Positions 36,835 to 50,494 of a stretch of DNA of 55,430 nucleotides are shown here, piece by piece. The position numbers were made by a program, and so were the translations under genes. The number at the start of each line of letters is the position of its first letter. Within the stretch, counting starts at the first letter, position 1. The stretch covers positions 18,545,191 through 18,600,620 of the forward strand of contig NC_057720.1 of the NCBI RefSeq assembly GCF_004010195.1, read 5' to 3'. This DNA comes from Chiloscyllium plagiosum (taxonomy: Eukaryota). Below the pieces are notes generated by a model. It saw only the letters and a program-made list of their open reading frames with translations, searched no databases and had not been told where the DNA came from.

Positions 36835-38400
36835 GATAGAACATTGAGCATAGAACATAGAAAAGTACAGCAGAGAACAGGCCCTTCGGCCTACAATGTT
36901 GTGCCGAGGATTATTCCTAATCTAAAATTAAATAATCTAATCTACACACCCCTCAACTCACTGTTGTCCAAGTACATGTCCAGCAGTCGCTTAAATGTCC
37001 CTAATGTCTCTGCTTCCACCACCACAGCTGGCAATGCATTCCATGCATTCACAACTCTGTGTAAAGAACCTACTTCTGACATCTCCCCATACCTTCCTCC
37101 TAACACCTTAAAACTATGACTTCTCGTGCCAATCAATCCTGCCCTGGGGAAAAGTCTCTGGCTATGGACTCTATCAATGCCTCTCATTACCTTGTATACC
37201 TCAATCAAGTCACCTCTCTTCCTCCTCCTCTCCAGAGAGAAAAGTCCAAGCTTAGTCAACCTCTTTCTTTAAGACAAGCCCTCCAGTCCAGGCAGCATCT
37301 TGATAAACCTTCTTTGTACCCTCTCCAAAGTCTCCATATCTTTCCTATAATAGGGTGACTAGAGCTGGACACAGTATTCTAAGTGTGGTCTCATCAGGGT
37401 TTTGTAGAACTGCAGCAAAACCTTGCGGCTGTTAAATTCAATCCTAAGTCATAAATCCTAACCCTCAGAATTCTTTCCAAAACTTTGCTGGTCTGTAATT
37501 GCCAGGGATTTCTCTACTCCCTTTCTTGAAAAGAGCAACAATGGTTGTCTCCTTCCAATCCTTCAGTACGACTCCTGTGGAGATTGAGGAGGCAAATATC
37601 CTTGCCAGCAGCTTAGCAACCTCCTTTCTTGCTTCGCGGAGCAGGCTAGGATAAATCTGGTCTGGCCCTGGGGACTTATCAATCTTAATGTTTGCCAAAA
37701 TTTCCAGCACATCAACTTCATCAATCTTGATCTGTTCAATCCTATTTCCCAGCTCCTCAAAGTTCTCATTCACAATAAGTTCCCTTTCCTTAGTGAAAAC
37801 CGATGCAAAAAACTCACATAGGGCTACCCCTATCTGCACAGGCTCCACGCACAAGTTCCCTACGCTATCCCTGACCGGCCCTACCTTCTTCCTGATCATT
37901 CTCTTATTCCTCACGTATGAGTAAAATGTCTTTGGGTTCTCCCTAATTCTTCCCACAAGGCCTTTTTCATGCCTCCTCCTGACTCTCAGTTCATTTCTCT
38001 CCATGTGAGAGCTCCTTTCTAGCAAGCCTGTTAACCTCTAAAGCTGTGCTCGACCTTTGCTTCTTCCATTTTACTTAAGCTGCCTCCTTCCTTTTGACGA
38101 GAAGCTCCTCTGGTCTCATCATCCAAGGCTCCTTAATCTTACCCTTTCTTGCCTGTCTCAGAGGAACAAATTTATGCATCATTCACAACAACTGCTCCTT
38201 AAACAGTCTCCACATGTCTGTTGTGCCCTTTCTGTGGAACAATTGCTCCCAATCAGTACTTCCCAACTCTGTCTACTAGCATCATAATTTCCTTTTCCCC
38301 AATTAAATATCTTCCCATGGTAACTGCTCCTTTACTTCTCCATGGCTATGATAAATGTGAGACAGTTATGGTCACTGTCATTAAAGTGTTCTCCCACCTG
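36835..38400 (-). mobile_element. CR1 LINE with large internal deletion near 37445-37485
   Basis: HEKGLVGRIRENPK...KSPGPDQIYP...GNYRP joined to the 3' segment LGLFSLERRRKRGDLIEVYK and tail. Confidence 0.9.
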
Positions 38401-39294
38401 TCCTGGCTCATTGGCTACAATGATCAGCTGTGACAGTTAGTCATTAAAAACAAAAACAAAGCATGGCGATTTAATGGTGGAAAATTTCTTTAGTTTCTTC
38501 GGATACAAAAAATAGAAAGACCAAAGGATCAATCTGCAGAACGATCTGTCCCTTTGCCATGAATAGATGGCCTGTTTTGGTGTTCAACAATAAATGATGT
38601 TTCTTTTAAATTGGGCTACCTGAGTTACCACACCTCAGGAGGGCAAACAGTGTCAGTAGCAAATAGAACCATATTACACATTGTACCCCTTAATTGGACC
38701 TGATATTGGCAGTTCTGTGCGGAAAAACCGCTATCCATTAATTCTCCTGTTTGGCTATAAACTGCTGCAAATTTCTGACAATATGTTGATTGCCTACATA
38801 GATTTAAATTCAGATGCATTAATGTTACAGTCAACAACATTTATGTCTAAAATGTGAAAAACAAAGTAGCTTCTTTCATCATTGCCACCAAAGATATTTT
38901 TTTCACTCTGTCCCTTCCATAATGCCTAAGTGCATTTCTTGGCTCTGCAGCTGGGCAGAGGAAGCCCACTTTGATGTCTAGGCTATTGGCCCTGGAGCTT
39001 TGGTGAGGTAACCCCAGGGACGCTTGTGTCCAGATGGAGCAGACGTGGCATGAGTCATCTTGCTAGAGGGAAGTTTATCCTTTTCAACTTCAACTTTCAG
39101 AGTTCAGAGGTGGGTAGGCAGTGTGAAGGCCCAATCACATCTACAATATCCTGAGTGGAAACAGCTGAGAGGTCTGTGTATGATTCTTGCACTGGCTGAA
39201 TGTCTCCTAGTGCACCCAGCCTCCATGTGAGAAGGGTTCACCTGGACTTGGTTCAACACTCCCCTTCCTAAAATGCAAAGCCCGTGATCCTGGG

Positions 39295-39700
39295 GACCAG
39301 GCAGGCAGGTTATTATCTGAATGGTGATAAACTGAGATAAGGGGAGGTGGAATGAGACCTGGGTGTCCATCCTTACTAGTTTATGTTCACCAGCTGTACA
39401 TAAATATGCAAGTGGTGAAGAAGGCAAATGGTATGTTGGCCTTAGTAGTGAGGAAGAAGACAATGAGGACTACAGATGCTGGAGATCAGAGTGAAGAGTG
39501 TGGTACTGAAAAAGCACAGCAGGTCAGGCAGCATCCGAGGAGTAGGAAGATCGACATTTCAGGCATAAGCTCTTCATTAAGACGTTGATTCTCCTGCTCC
39601 TTGATGCTGCCTGACTTATGATTTTCCAGCATCACACACTTGACTTCATAGTGAGGAATTCAAGTACAAGAGCAGGCACGTCTTGCTGCACCTGTACAGG
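39295..39700 (+). mobile_element. CR1 fragment interrupted by a fold-back PLE family A terminus (about 39452-39645)
   Basis: VKKANGMLA then insert with arms gcaggtcaggcagcatc / gatgctgcctgac; LINE resumes ttcatagtgaggaattcaagtac. Confidence 0.7.
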
Positions 39701-39959
39701 GCTAGGAAAGACCACAAACAAGTAAAATTACTAAGTCGTAAAGCTGCCACTGATGCTCCACACGGAGGAAGGCAGTCAGATGTGGTGAAGCACTGAGGAT
39801 ACAGCGCAAAGGGCATCCAAGGTTAGAGGTGTAGGAAGCTGAGGGTGAAAATGAGTGAGAGAAGATGTGAGCAAAACTTGAGAGTGTGTGGTATAAGACC
39901 TGGTGGGACTTGTATGCAGTGTCAGAGAAGAGTGAATATGAGGTGGCACAGAGATTTTG

Positions 39960-40890
39960 AAAATCAGCCTGGCAGAGTAGAGAAGAGTGTTGACCATTTT
40001 GACCACAGCCTGCAAATGGCACTGATCTTGATGGCAACCTCAGATCAGGCTGGCAGGGTCTGGTGTCATGAACTCCTCTCTGTCTCTTTCTGGAAGAGAA
40101 TGGAATCTTATAATGCCTACAGTGTGGAAGCAGGCAGTTCAACCCATCAAGTCTGCGCCAACCCTCCAAAGAGCAACTGTCTTGAAACACAGTGTATCCA
40201 AGGGGTTCTTCGGATTCGGTCAAATGTAGTTAAAAGAAGACTCAACAGCAATTTGCTTAAATACAAATATTTATTCAGATGGAAAAAAGCAATGAGCCTC
40301 AGGCCCTTTTACCTTTTGGGGACCCCTCAATCGACAGATTAGTCTGGAGGCTTAGGTTGTTCCTAGCACCATTCGCAATCCTGGTCCAAGGTGAAGGCCT
40401 ATGCATCGGAATCAAGTCTCCCTATTATGCAGTGTAACGAACAGCCAGTACAAAAAACAGTTTAATTGTTTCGTCTTTGGTGCATACAGGAATGTTCACA
40501 GGGTTCATTCAAGGTCATGCAGCTGTCAAATATCACCAACAAAGTTAACCCTTCAGCCGATCCTATACAAAATCCCACCCAGACACCCCCATCCCTGTAA
40601 CTTTGCATTTCCCATGTCTATTGCACCTAGCCTTGGTCACCATGCTTAATTTAGCATGGCCAGTCCACCTAACCTGCACATCATTGGAATGTGGGAGGAA
40701 ACCGTAGCATCTGTAGGAAATCCACCCAGACAAGGGGAGAATGTTGCGTGTATCCCTGGTGGTGTGAGGCAGCAGCGCTAACCACTGAGCCATCATGCCA
40801 CCCAGAAGATGACCCTTCTCTGCTCTATCTCTGCCACCACAACCTCCAAGTTCCTATCAATGAATTTTGATGCTGTCCTCCATTTTTCCA
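39960..40890 (-). pseudogene. Harbinger-type Myb/SANT gene fossil split by a SINE plus LTR-like insert
   Basis: Minus strand RTASKFIDRNLEVVVAEIEQRRVI (about 40880-40806) continues ILFQKET...QTLPA*SEVAIKISA...VNTLLYSAR (about 40100-39965). Confidence 0.5.
40103..40803 (-). mobile_element. HE1-type SINE split by a 392-bp insert (40178-40569)
   Basis: SINE tail at 40103-40177 and body at 40570-40803 are contiguous in other copies (aagagca|tcccacccagac). Confidence 0.8.
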
Positions 40891-41154
40891 ACATCTTGTG
40901 GACACACCCTTCAAGGGGAGGTGATGACCTAGTAGTATAACCACTATTAATCCAGACACCCAGTTAATGTTCTGGGGACTCAGGTTTGATTCCTGTCATG
41001 GCAGATATTGGAATTTAAATGAAATAAGTATTTGGAATTAGGAGTCTAATGCCGACCAGAAACCATTGTCGATTATCACCTCTGATTCCCATTGAGCATG
41101 TATTCATTGCATATTCAACATCTGCCCCTCCTGCAACCAGTTTCCTCTGCTTTA

Positions 41155-42055
41155 CAGAGCCATCGAGTCCTACAACACAGAAACAGACCCTTCGGTCCAA
41201 CTAGTCCATGCCAACCATGTTCCCAAATTAAACTAGTTTCACCTGCCTGCATTTGGCCCATAAACCTCCAACTCTTTCCTATTCTTACACTAATTTCTTT
41301 TAAATGTTGTAACTGAACCTACATCCACCACTTCCTGTGGCTGGCAGTTCATCCCATACATTGACCACTTGGTGTGAAAAAAGTTGCCTCTCATGTTTTC
41401 AAAGCTGTCTCCTCTTGCCTTAAAAATATGTCCCCTAGGTTTGAACTTTCCCCCCTTGTGGAAACATCTTTTCTATCCACCTTATCTATGTCCCTCATGA
41501 TTTTATAAACCTCCATTGGGTCACCTCTCAACCTCCTACACTGCAGTGAAAAACGTCCCAGCCTTTTTTTATCACTCAAGCCCTTCATTCCTGACAATAT
41601 CCTGGTAAATATTTTCTGAACCCTCCCCAGTTTAATAATATCCTTCCTATAACAAGGCAACCAAAACTGCGCCTGGTATTTCAGAAGAGGCCTCACCCAT
41701 GTCCTGGACAATCTCAACATGATATCCCAACTCTTATACTCAAAGATCTGAGCAATGAAGTCAAGCATGTTTAAACGCCTTCTTTACCACTCTGTTTACC
41801 TGTGATGCAAATTTCAGAGAATTATGTACCTGAACCCCTTGGTCTGTCTATTCTGCAACACTACCTAGGGGCCTACCATTATTTGTATAAATCCTGCTCT
41901 TGTTGTTTTACCAAAATGCAATACCTCGCATATATCTGAATTAAACTCCGTCCCACTCCTCAGTCCCTTGACTCAATTGTTCAAGGTCTTTTCGTAGTCT
42001 TAAATAATCCTCACGATCTACTATACCACCTATTTTAGTGCCATCCACAAACTTA
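41155..42055 (-). mobile_element. CR1 LINE 3' fragment
   Basis: VRPLLKYQAQFWLP...RRLRGDPMEVYKIM. Confidence 0.88.
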
Positions 42056-42906
42056 CTCCATAAGTAACAAAATGCTCTTTGTGAAGTTGTATATATAAAT
42101 ATTTGTCCAGCCAATGATCTTCTAAATTAAAATGGTAAGTAACGCATCTTTGTGTGATCCTATCAAATGAGTAGTTTTGCCTCCAGGTGACTTTGACTTT
42201 GTTGGGTTGTAAATATGAAGTGCCAAATGCCAAGGATGGTTTTACACAAGATCGACCATTACTCGAGTCTGTACATAACAAGTTCGTTACCCCTTCATCC
42301 CCTATTATTTTGCTTTGCCATTTGCTGGTTCCAATTCAGATATGTTCTCAGTAAACTTAAAATTGTAAAGATCTCTTTGATAAATAAAGATAATCTCATT
42401 TCCAAGATCTCATTCATTGTCATTCTTGTCATCTCATTGTTTTTGTTCCTAGATGATCTCTATCAGCTGTTATAGATGAAAGAACATGGAGTCCTTTCAA
42501 ATAACTGACGTCTTTTCAAATTACCTGCTGTATATTAGTGCTTATTCATAATTATTTTAAAATTGGAGAAATTATTTATTAATTGATCATGAAATCTTGT
42601 ACATATTAAGATTTTTAAATTTAAATTTGAATAATTACAACAAATAAATTGATTTTTAGCGTGGCTGCAGTAGTGAATAGTCAGAGAATATAACTGAAGG
42701 AACACATTTTTCAGACTGTAAATTTTGAGTTTGGGATAGGAGAACAAAATCAGATGGATGAAGCAAGCTTAGAATGTTGACAGTTTGGGGTGAAGCTTCC
42801 AATGCAACTTGTAACTTTTTAAGTAAATGTTGTAAATTTGACCAGATACCAAAAAAAAGCAGAGGTCTGTGTATTTAATCTAGTTATCCCTGTTTCTGTA
42901 TTGCAG

Positions 42907-43040
42907 ATAGATAGTGGTACATTTGGTAGAGGAGTTGCAAATTTAAGCTCCTTGAATGCCTTCTCGAACAGAAAAGAGAATGGGATGAAGGATTCCAAAT
43001 TAAATGCTGATTCAAGTGATTCCATTGTTACAGATCTCAG
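42907..43040 (+). CDS. CCDC18: CCDC18-like coding exon 9 (IDSGTFGRG...SIVTDL)
   Basis: ttgcag acceptor, AG|gtaatt donor, phase 0 in and 2 out. Confidence 0.85.
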
Positions 43041-43464
43041 GTAATTGCTTCGTAATAATAATTGCCTCAATTAATAGATTAATAAATGTTACATATTATG
43101 GAATTCATATACACTAGATTCTTTCTCTTATGCAAAAAAGCAGGCCTTTGGCTTATTGATGGTGCTTAATCTTGAACTGTTTTCTTGACTGATCTTTTTC
43201 TTCTCTATTGGCAGTTTGCATTACCTACCATACTGCGGGGGATAGTTGACAGGCAACTCCCAAACCTATTACAACTGGAGAGGGAATTGAACTCATGCTT
43301 TGGTTTTATACTGAACCATAAACTTTTTATCTAGCTAACCGAGCTAACCAGTAGTATCATAATTCTGTTACTAGATTAGTAATCCAAAGACCTAAACTAA
43401 TAATCCAAAGAATGAGATTTTAAATTTCTAATAGCATTTTTCTAAAATCTGGAAGTAGGAGTTG

Positions 43465-44378
43465 TTAGGAGAAAGTGAGGACTGCAGATGTTGGAGATCA
43501 GAGTCAAGACTGTCGTGCTGGAAAATCACAGCAGGTCAGGCAGCATCCGCGGAGCAGGAGAATCAACATTTCGGGCAAGGCCCCTTCATCAGGAATGAGG
43601 CTTGTGGGTCAGGGCTGAGAGATAAATGGGAGGAGACAGGGTTTGGGGACAGGTAGCTGAGAAAGCGATAGGTAGATGAAGGTGAGGGAGAAAGTGATAG
43701 GTTAGAGGGAGACAGGTCCGGAGGGCGGTGCCGAGTTGGAGGCTTGGGACTGGGATAATGTGGGGGAGGGGAAGTAAGGAAGCTGTTGAAATCCAAATTT
43801 ATCCTGCGTGGTTGCAGGGTCCCAAGGCTGAATATGAGGCGTTCCTCCTCTAGGCACCGGGTAGTAACGATTTGGCGGTGGTGGAGGCCCAGAATTTGCA
43901 TGCCCTTGATGGAGTGGGAGGGGGACTTGAAGTGTTCAGCCACAAGACAGTGGGGTTGGTGGGCACAGGTGTCGTTCTCTGAAACAATCCGCACGAAGGC
44001 ATCCTGCCTCCCCGATGTAGAGGAGATGACACCGGGTGCAACGGATGCAGTAGATGACATTGGTAGAGGTGCATGTAAATTTCTGACGGATGTGGAAGGA
44101 TCCCTTGGGGCTTTGAACGGAGGTGAGGGAAGTGGTATGAGAGCAGGTTTTGCACTTCCTGCAGTGGCAGGGAAAGGTGCCAGGAATGGGGCATGGGCTG
44201 GTTAGAGGTGTGGACCTGATGAGGGATTTGCAGAGGGAATGGTCTTTTCGGAACGCTGATAGGGGTGGGGAGGGAAATATATCTCTGGTGGTGTGGGGTC
44301 CATTTGGAGGTGGCAGAAGTGGCAGGGGATAATGCGTTGTATGTGGAGGTTGAAGGGCTGGAAGGTGAGGACCAGGGG
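43465..44378 (-). mobile_element. PLE family A, GIY-YIG region plus 3' end with decayed hammerhead
   Basis: NVIYCIRCTRC..YIGE-type motif, LEEERLIFSLGTLQPRRIN; minus strand CTGATGA (43586-43592)...gccc-GAAA-tgtt. Confidence 0.9.
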
Positions 44379-44824
44379 CTTGGAGAGCAGTGAGTAAGAG
44401 TTGTTACCAAATATGGAAAGCAGCATTGGTATAACAATAAACGTGGGCACAGAACTGTCTCTCTGCTTTAAGGCCCTTAGTGATTCCATTGACTGCCTAT
44501 AAAACATAGCACTAAAAGTATGTGTCAGAGTCGTGCAGCTGAAAATATGTGGATTTTCAGAGCTGTAAGAAAAACCAATGGAGAATAAAAAAAATTAGAA
44601 TTGCCTGATAAGTCAAAATGATTGCATTTTCTACTCCTTGCTGCTATAGAAATGAAAGGTGTGAGATTTATATAGAACCTCAAGACAGAACAGAAAATGT
44701 TAGGTAAAGGGATTTAGAGAGCTGGGAGCTAAGCGTGGGCGAAAATGTGTTGAAAGCAAGGCATGTCATGTCGGGACTGGGGTGAGGGGGGCAGTTAGTA
44801 GATATGGAAGGAAGTGTTTATCCT

Positions 44825-44960
44825 CTAAAAAATATTAAACTCATTATTGAGCCCTGAAAGATGTAACGTCGCCAAGCAGAAGATGAAGTTTTGCTTTTTG
44901 AGCTTTGTTCCCTGGCTGGTACTTCTGTCTTTGGCCTGCTGCAGTGCTCCAGTGAGATTC
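44825..44960 (-). mobile_element. Highly decayed PLE endonuclease C-terminus
   Basis: Minus strand FIFCLATLHLSGLNNEFN, comparable to LIFRLGTLQPQGMNADF. Confidence 0.45.
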
Positions 44961-46239
44961 GGTGCAATCTGGAAAGAGCCAGCAGTGAGTAACAAATTCA
45001 AAGTGAAATGACAATGCCGAATTTTACTTTGATAGTATTGTCAAGTCATGACCAGAGCTGAGCATTGGACCATCTGTCAGAACTGAAATGTTTAACGTGC
45101 TCAACAAAAGTGATTTCATGTGGTAATTTGGGATCTCTGTTAAACAGTTGTCATCTCAATTGTTCATTGCTTTAGTCACTGACATTCATTATCATCACAA
45201 TCACAGACATCTGTATATAATTAGAGATGCTGTACAGCTGCATACAACTCCTCCACCTGCAGGCAACTTATCAGAAAGGTGTGATCTTGGTACCAGTATG
45301 GAGCATAAAATGACTGACCGTTTCAGAGATCTACTGTTCTCCAGAAAAGGAAACAATGAATAACAGTAGTCGTTATGCCAATTGCACTCACCATGGGAAT
45401 GACCCTTTTCAATGAAGGCACATAACCCAAGATACCAGAAGAACTGCCAAACACAAGTTGCATGTGTACCATTCAGAGACCTGCAGGATGTAAAGACTAG
45501 GCATGAAATGCATGCATGGTGACCGATGAATGTGGAACTGACTAAAATGAACAGAACAATGAGATTAAGGATTATATTAGTTGTGCAGTACTGTAACAAA
45601 TACTCAGCTACACAAGCTAAGCTGCTTCTGACACATGACAACACCTCAGACAGAACATAGGTAAAACTTGGAGTAGACCACTTCAACTCACAGAGTCTGA
45701 TCATCTTGTCACCGTCGTCTAATATTTGACCGATTGAGAGTTGGATCTTCTGATGCCACTGACTGCCAGTGCAATTGTGAAATGTCTGAAAACATTCTTA
45801 AGTTGCAGTTATTATGGCATTCTTGATCCAGTGAGTGACAATATCCGTTAATCAAGTGAAGAGTTCTGTGCATGTGTAACCATTTTCTTTGTGGCTATAG
45901 AGGGTAACTTGGGTAATTTGTGAAAGCAATTTACAACATAAAGATTCACTCAAAAGAACAAACTCCATTCTTTCTCGAAGGCTGGACCAAAGTGCAGTTT
46001 TGTTTTGTTTTCCTAGCTGAAATCTAGAGCTGTTGAAGTGGAGTTTTGGCAGGAATTGTCATTCCAATGACAAAGAAGAAACTGAAAAGTAGAAGCTAGT
46101 GGACCATGTCAAAGGAACTACGAACAGAATTGCACTATGGATAATGCTGTTACAATGGGCCAGTGTTAAAATACTCAAAACCATTTTTTGAGATGTCTCA
46201 GCAAGAATGATAATTTGAGTCTCAGTTGCATGCAATGAA

Positions 46240-46604
46240 TCCATAGAAGTATCCATAGAATCCCTACAGTGTGGAAACAGGCCCTTCGGCACAACAAATC
46301 CACACGGACCCTCCGAAGACTAACCCATCCAGACCCATTCTCCTCAATCTGTTATCCTATATTTATCCCTGACTAATGTATCTAACCCATACATCCCTTA
46401 CCACTATGGGCAACCTAACATGGCCATTTTACCGAACCTGTACACCTTTGGATTGTGGGAGGAAACCGGAGCACCTGGAGTAAATCCACGCAGACTCGGA
46501 GTACATGCGAACGCAACACAGACAGTCGCCCGAGACTGGGATTGAACCTGGGTTCCTGGTGCTGTGAGGCAGCATTACTGACCACTGAGCCACCTTGCCA
46601 ACCC
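46240..46604 (-). mobile_element. HE1-type SINE with GATTCTATG-type tail
   Basis: Reverse-complement homology to other copies. Confidence 0.88.
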
Positions 46605-47589
46605 CAAGCCATCTGAAGCTGGATTAAATCTTTTAAAAACAATTTTTATAACTGGCAGAACTGTGATCCTCATTTTGCCAACATCAGCAAGATTCTAAGA
46701 TTGCAGAAATCCAGAGGTAATAAGACTGCTGTATTATATTGCACCACCTAGTGTCTGAAGCACAAGCCTTCACAGGGTAGTGGAATAAACTGACTTCTGT
46801 CTTCACAGAAATCCAGAACAAGAACACTGAAGAATATGTAGAAAAGGCAGAGTGTTGTGTTCCAGGTCAAACCAATGTTCAGAATAATGTGCTTTAATTT
46901 TTGTACAGTATAACCCTCAATATCCTTTTTGCCCACCCACCTGAGTCAAAACATTGAAATGTAACTGCATAGTATTTTTGCTGATTGACATGTGCTTTTG
47001 TATATAAAGGAGATTATGCAATTCCATAACAGGAACCAGAGGTAGGCCATTCAGCCATTCGAGCACACACCACCTTCTGTTGAAACCAAAGCTAATTCAA
47101 CACATTTGAGGAAATGGACTACATAGAACTTTGGAATATAGAAATAGATCATTTGTTCTTACAATTTTATGCTAGTATTTATGCTGCTTTCAAGCTTTCT
47201 TTAACTTGCCATTCTATAACTACACAAATTTCTCCTGAATTCCTACTTGGGCACTGCCTGTCCTGTGCTTACACCGACTTGTTTTTGACTCCTAATTAAG
47301 TGGTAATTCAGGCTATGAGTTAGTTATGAACCATTTATGAATGCAGGGTTGTGATGTGTTGAAGTGATGCAGGCATTATGCAGGACTTCTGCTGTCTACT
47401 CATCCCACAATCAGCATGTGGAGCCCAGAACTAAATGCATATCTGGCTGACTGAAAACTCATTAGATGCCCTACTCTTGCAAGGCTAGCCTAGATTAAAG
47501 CTAGCCTGCTCTTCGAAAACGCTGCTTCACTTCTTAATGAAGCGATGTATTCTGGCTGCATGTTGGAACTATTTCTAGGAGTCTTTTTC

Positions 47590-50492
47590 ACATGAAAGTA
47601 AGAAAAATAGAAAGACATAGAAATAGGTATATAAGGGATTAAAGAATGACCAGAGTAAGATCAGGACAATGGTGGGAAGTTGTGCTTGGAGTCAGAGGAG
47701 ATAGGGGAGGTGCTAAATGAATACTTTTTGTCAGTATTCACACTGTAGAAAGGTAATGTTGTCGAGGAGAATATTGAGAAACAGGCTATTAAACTAGATG
47801 GGATTGAGGTTCAAAAGGAGGAGGTGTTAGCAATTCTGGAAAGTGTGAAAATAGATAAATCCTCTGGGCCGGATGAGATTTATCCTAGGATTCTCTGGGA
47901 AGCCAGGCTTTGATCTTCATATCATTGTAGTCTACAGATATAGTACCAAAGGATAGCAAATGTTGTTCCCTTGTTCAAGAAGGGGAGTAGAGACAACCCT
48001 GGTAATTATAGACCAGTGAGCCTTACTTCGGTTGTGGGTAAAGTGTTGGAAAATGTTATAAGAGATGGGATTTATAATCGTCTCAATAGGAATAAGTTGA
48101 TTAGGGATAGTCAACACGGTTTCGTGAAAGGTAGGTTGTACCTCACAAACCTTATTAAGTTCTTTGAGAAGGTGACACAACAGGTGCCATTGATGTGGTG
48201 TCTGTGGATTTCAGTAAGGCGTTTGATAAGGTTCCCCACGGTAGGCTATTGCACAAAATACTGAGGCATGGATTGAGGGTGTTTTAGCGGTTTGGATCTG
48301 AAGTTGGCTAAGTGAAAGAAGACAGAGGGTGGTGATTGATGGGAAATGTTCATCTTGGAGTTCAGTGACTTGTGGTGTACCGCAAGGATCTGTTTTGGGG
48401 CCGCTGCTGTTTGTAATTTTTACAAATGACATGAATGAGGGTGTAGAAGGATGGGTTGGTAAATTTGCAGACAGCATTAAGGCCAGTACAGTTGTGGATA
48501 GTGCCGAAGGATGTTGTAGGTTACAGAGAGACATATATAAGCTGCAGAGCTAGGCTGAGAGGTGGCAAGTGGATCTTAATGCGAAAAAGTGTGAAGTGAT
48601 TCACTTTGGAAGGAGTAACAGGAATGCAGAATACTGGGCAAATAGGAAGATTCTTGGCAGTGTAGATGAGCAGAGAGATTTCTGTGTCCATGGACAGCAC
48701 ATAGATTCCTCAAAGTTGATAAGGCTGTTAAGAAGGCACATGGTGTGTTAGCTTTTATTGGTAGGAGGATCGAATTTCGGAACCATGAGATCATGCTACA
48801 GCTGTACAAAACTCTGGTGTATACAGTCTGGTCACCAGATGAAAGAAAGGATGTGGAAGCTTTGGAAAGCGTTCAGAGGAGGTTTACTTGCATGTTGCCT
48901 GTAAGGTTACCTCAGAGTACAGCAGGATCTTGATCAGGGGCCAATGGTCTGGGAAGTGGCAGATGGAGTTTAATTCAGATAAATGTGAGGTGCTCCATTT
49001 TGAGAAAGCAAATCTTAACAGGGCTTACACGCTTAATGGTAAGGTCCTAGGGAGTGTTGCTGAACAGAGAGACCTTGGAGTGCAGGTTCTTAGCTCCTTG
49101 AAAATGGAGTCGCAGGTAGATAGTATAGTGAAGGCGGCATTTGGTATGCTTTCCTTTATTGGTCAGAGTATTGAGTACAGGAGTTAGGAGGTCATGTTGC
49201 GTCTGTACAGGACATTGGTTAGACCACTGTTGGAATATTGCTTACAATTCTGGTCTCCTTCCTATCGGAAAGATTTTGTGAGACTTGAAAGGGTTCAGAA
49301 AAGATTTACAAGGATGTTGCCAGGATTGGAGGATCTGAGCTACAGGGATAGGCTGAACAGGCTGGGGCTGTTTTCCCTGGAGTGTCAGAGGTTGAGGGGT
49401 GACCTTATAGAGGTTTACAAAATGATTAGATTAGATTATTTACAGTGTGGAAACAGGCCCTTCGGCCCAACAAGTCCACACTGACCCTCCGAAGAGCAAC
49501 CCACCCAGACCCATTCCCCTTCATCAAACACTACGGGCAATTTAGCATGGCCAGTTCACCTAACCCGCACAGTTTTTTTAGACTGTGGCAGGAAACCGGA
49601 GCACCTGGAGGAAACCCATGAAGATACGGGGAGAATGTGCAAACTCCACACAGACAGTTGCTGGAGGCAGGAATTGAACCCAGGTCTCTGGCGTTATGAG
49701 GCAGCAGTGCTAACCACTGTGCCACCGTGCTGCCCTGAGGGGCATGGATAGGATAAATAGAGAAAGTATTTTCCCTGGGGTGGGGAAGTCGAGAACTAGA
49801 GGGCATAGGTTTAGGGTGAGAGAGGAAAGATATAAAAGAGGCGTTAGGAGCAACATTTTCACACAAAGGGTTGTATGTGTATAGAATGAGCTGCCACAGG
49901 AAGTGGTGGAGGCTAGTACAATTGCAACATTTAAGAGCATCTGGATGGGTATATGAGTAGGAAGGCTTTGGAGAGATATAGGCCAGGGGCTGGCAGGTTA
50001 GGATATCTGGTCGGCATGAACGTGTTGGACCGAAGGGTCTGTTTCCGTGCTGTACATCTCTATGACTCTATGGAGGGAAGTTCTTATGAGGAAAGGCTGA
50101 GGGATTTGAGGCTGTTTTTGTTAGAAGAAGGTTGAGAGGTGACTAAATTGAGACATATAAGATAATCTGAGGGTTAGATATGTTGGACAGTGAGAACCTT
50201 TTTCCTCGGATGGTAATGGCTAGTACGAGGGAACATAGGTTTAAATTGAGGGGTGGTAGATATAGGACAGGTGTCAGAGGTAGTTTCTTTACTCAGAGTA
50301 GTAGCGACGTGGAACGCACTGCCTGAACAGTTGTAGAGTCACCAACGTTATGGGCACTTAAATGGTCAGTGGATAAATATATGGATGCGAATGAAGTAGT
50401 ATGGGTTAGATGGGCTTCAGATTGGTTTCACACGTCTTCGCAACATCAAGGCCCGAAGGGCCTGGAGTGTGCTGTAATGTTCCATGTTCTAT
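47590..50492 (+). mobile_element. Outer CR1 (47590-48900 and 50071-50492) containing an inner CR1 (48901-50070)
   Basis: Outer RT motifs run to VQRRFTCMLP and resume at MEGSSYEERL after a second copy with its own WQMEFNSDKC...atgactctatg tail. Confidence 0.9.
49426..49735 (-). mobile_element. HE1-type SINE nested in the inner CR1
   Basis: Full-length copy interrupting EVYK|MRGMDR. Confidence 0.9.
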
Positions 50493-50494
50493 GC

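Noticed and set aside
45150..45720. 167-aa minus ORF or possible LTR-retrotransposon pol remnant
   Set aside because: No motif I can identify with confidence; a tBLASTx/HMMER search is needed.
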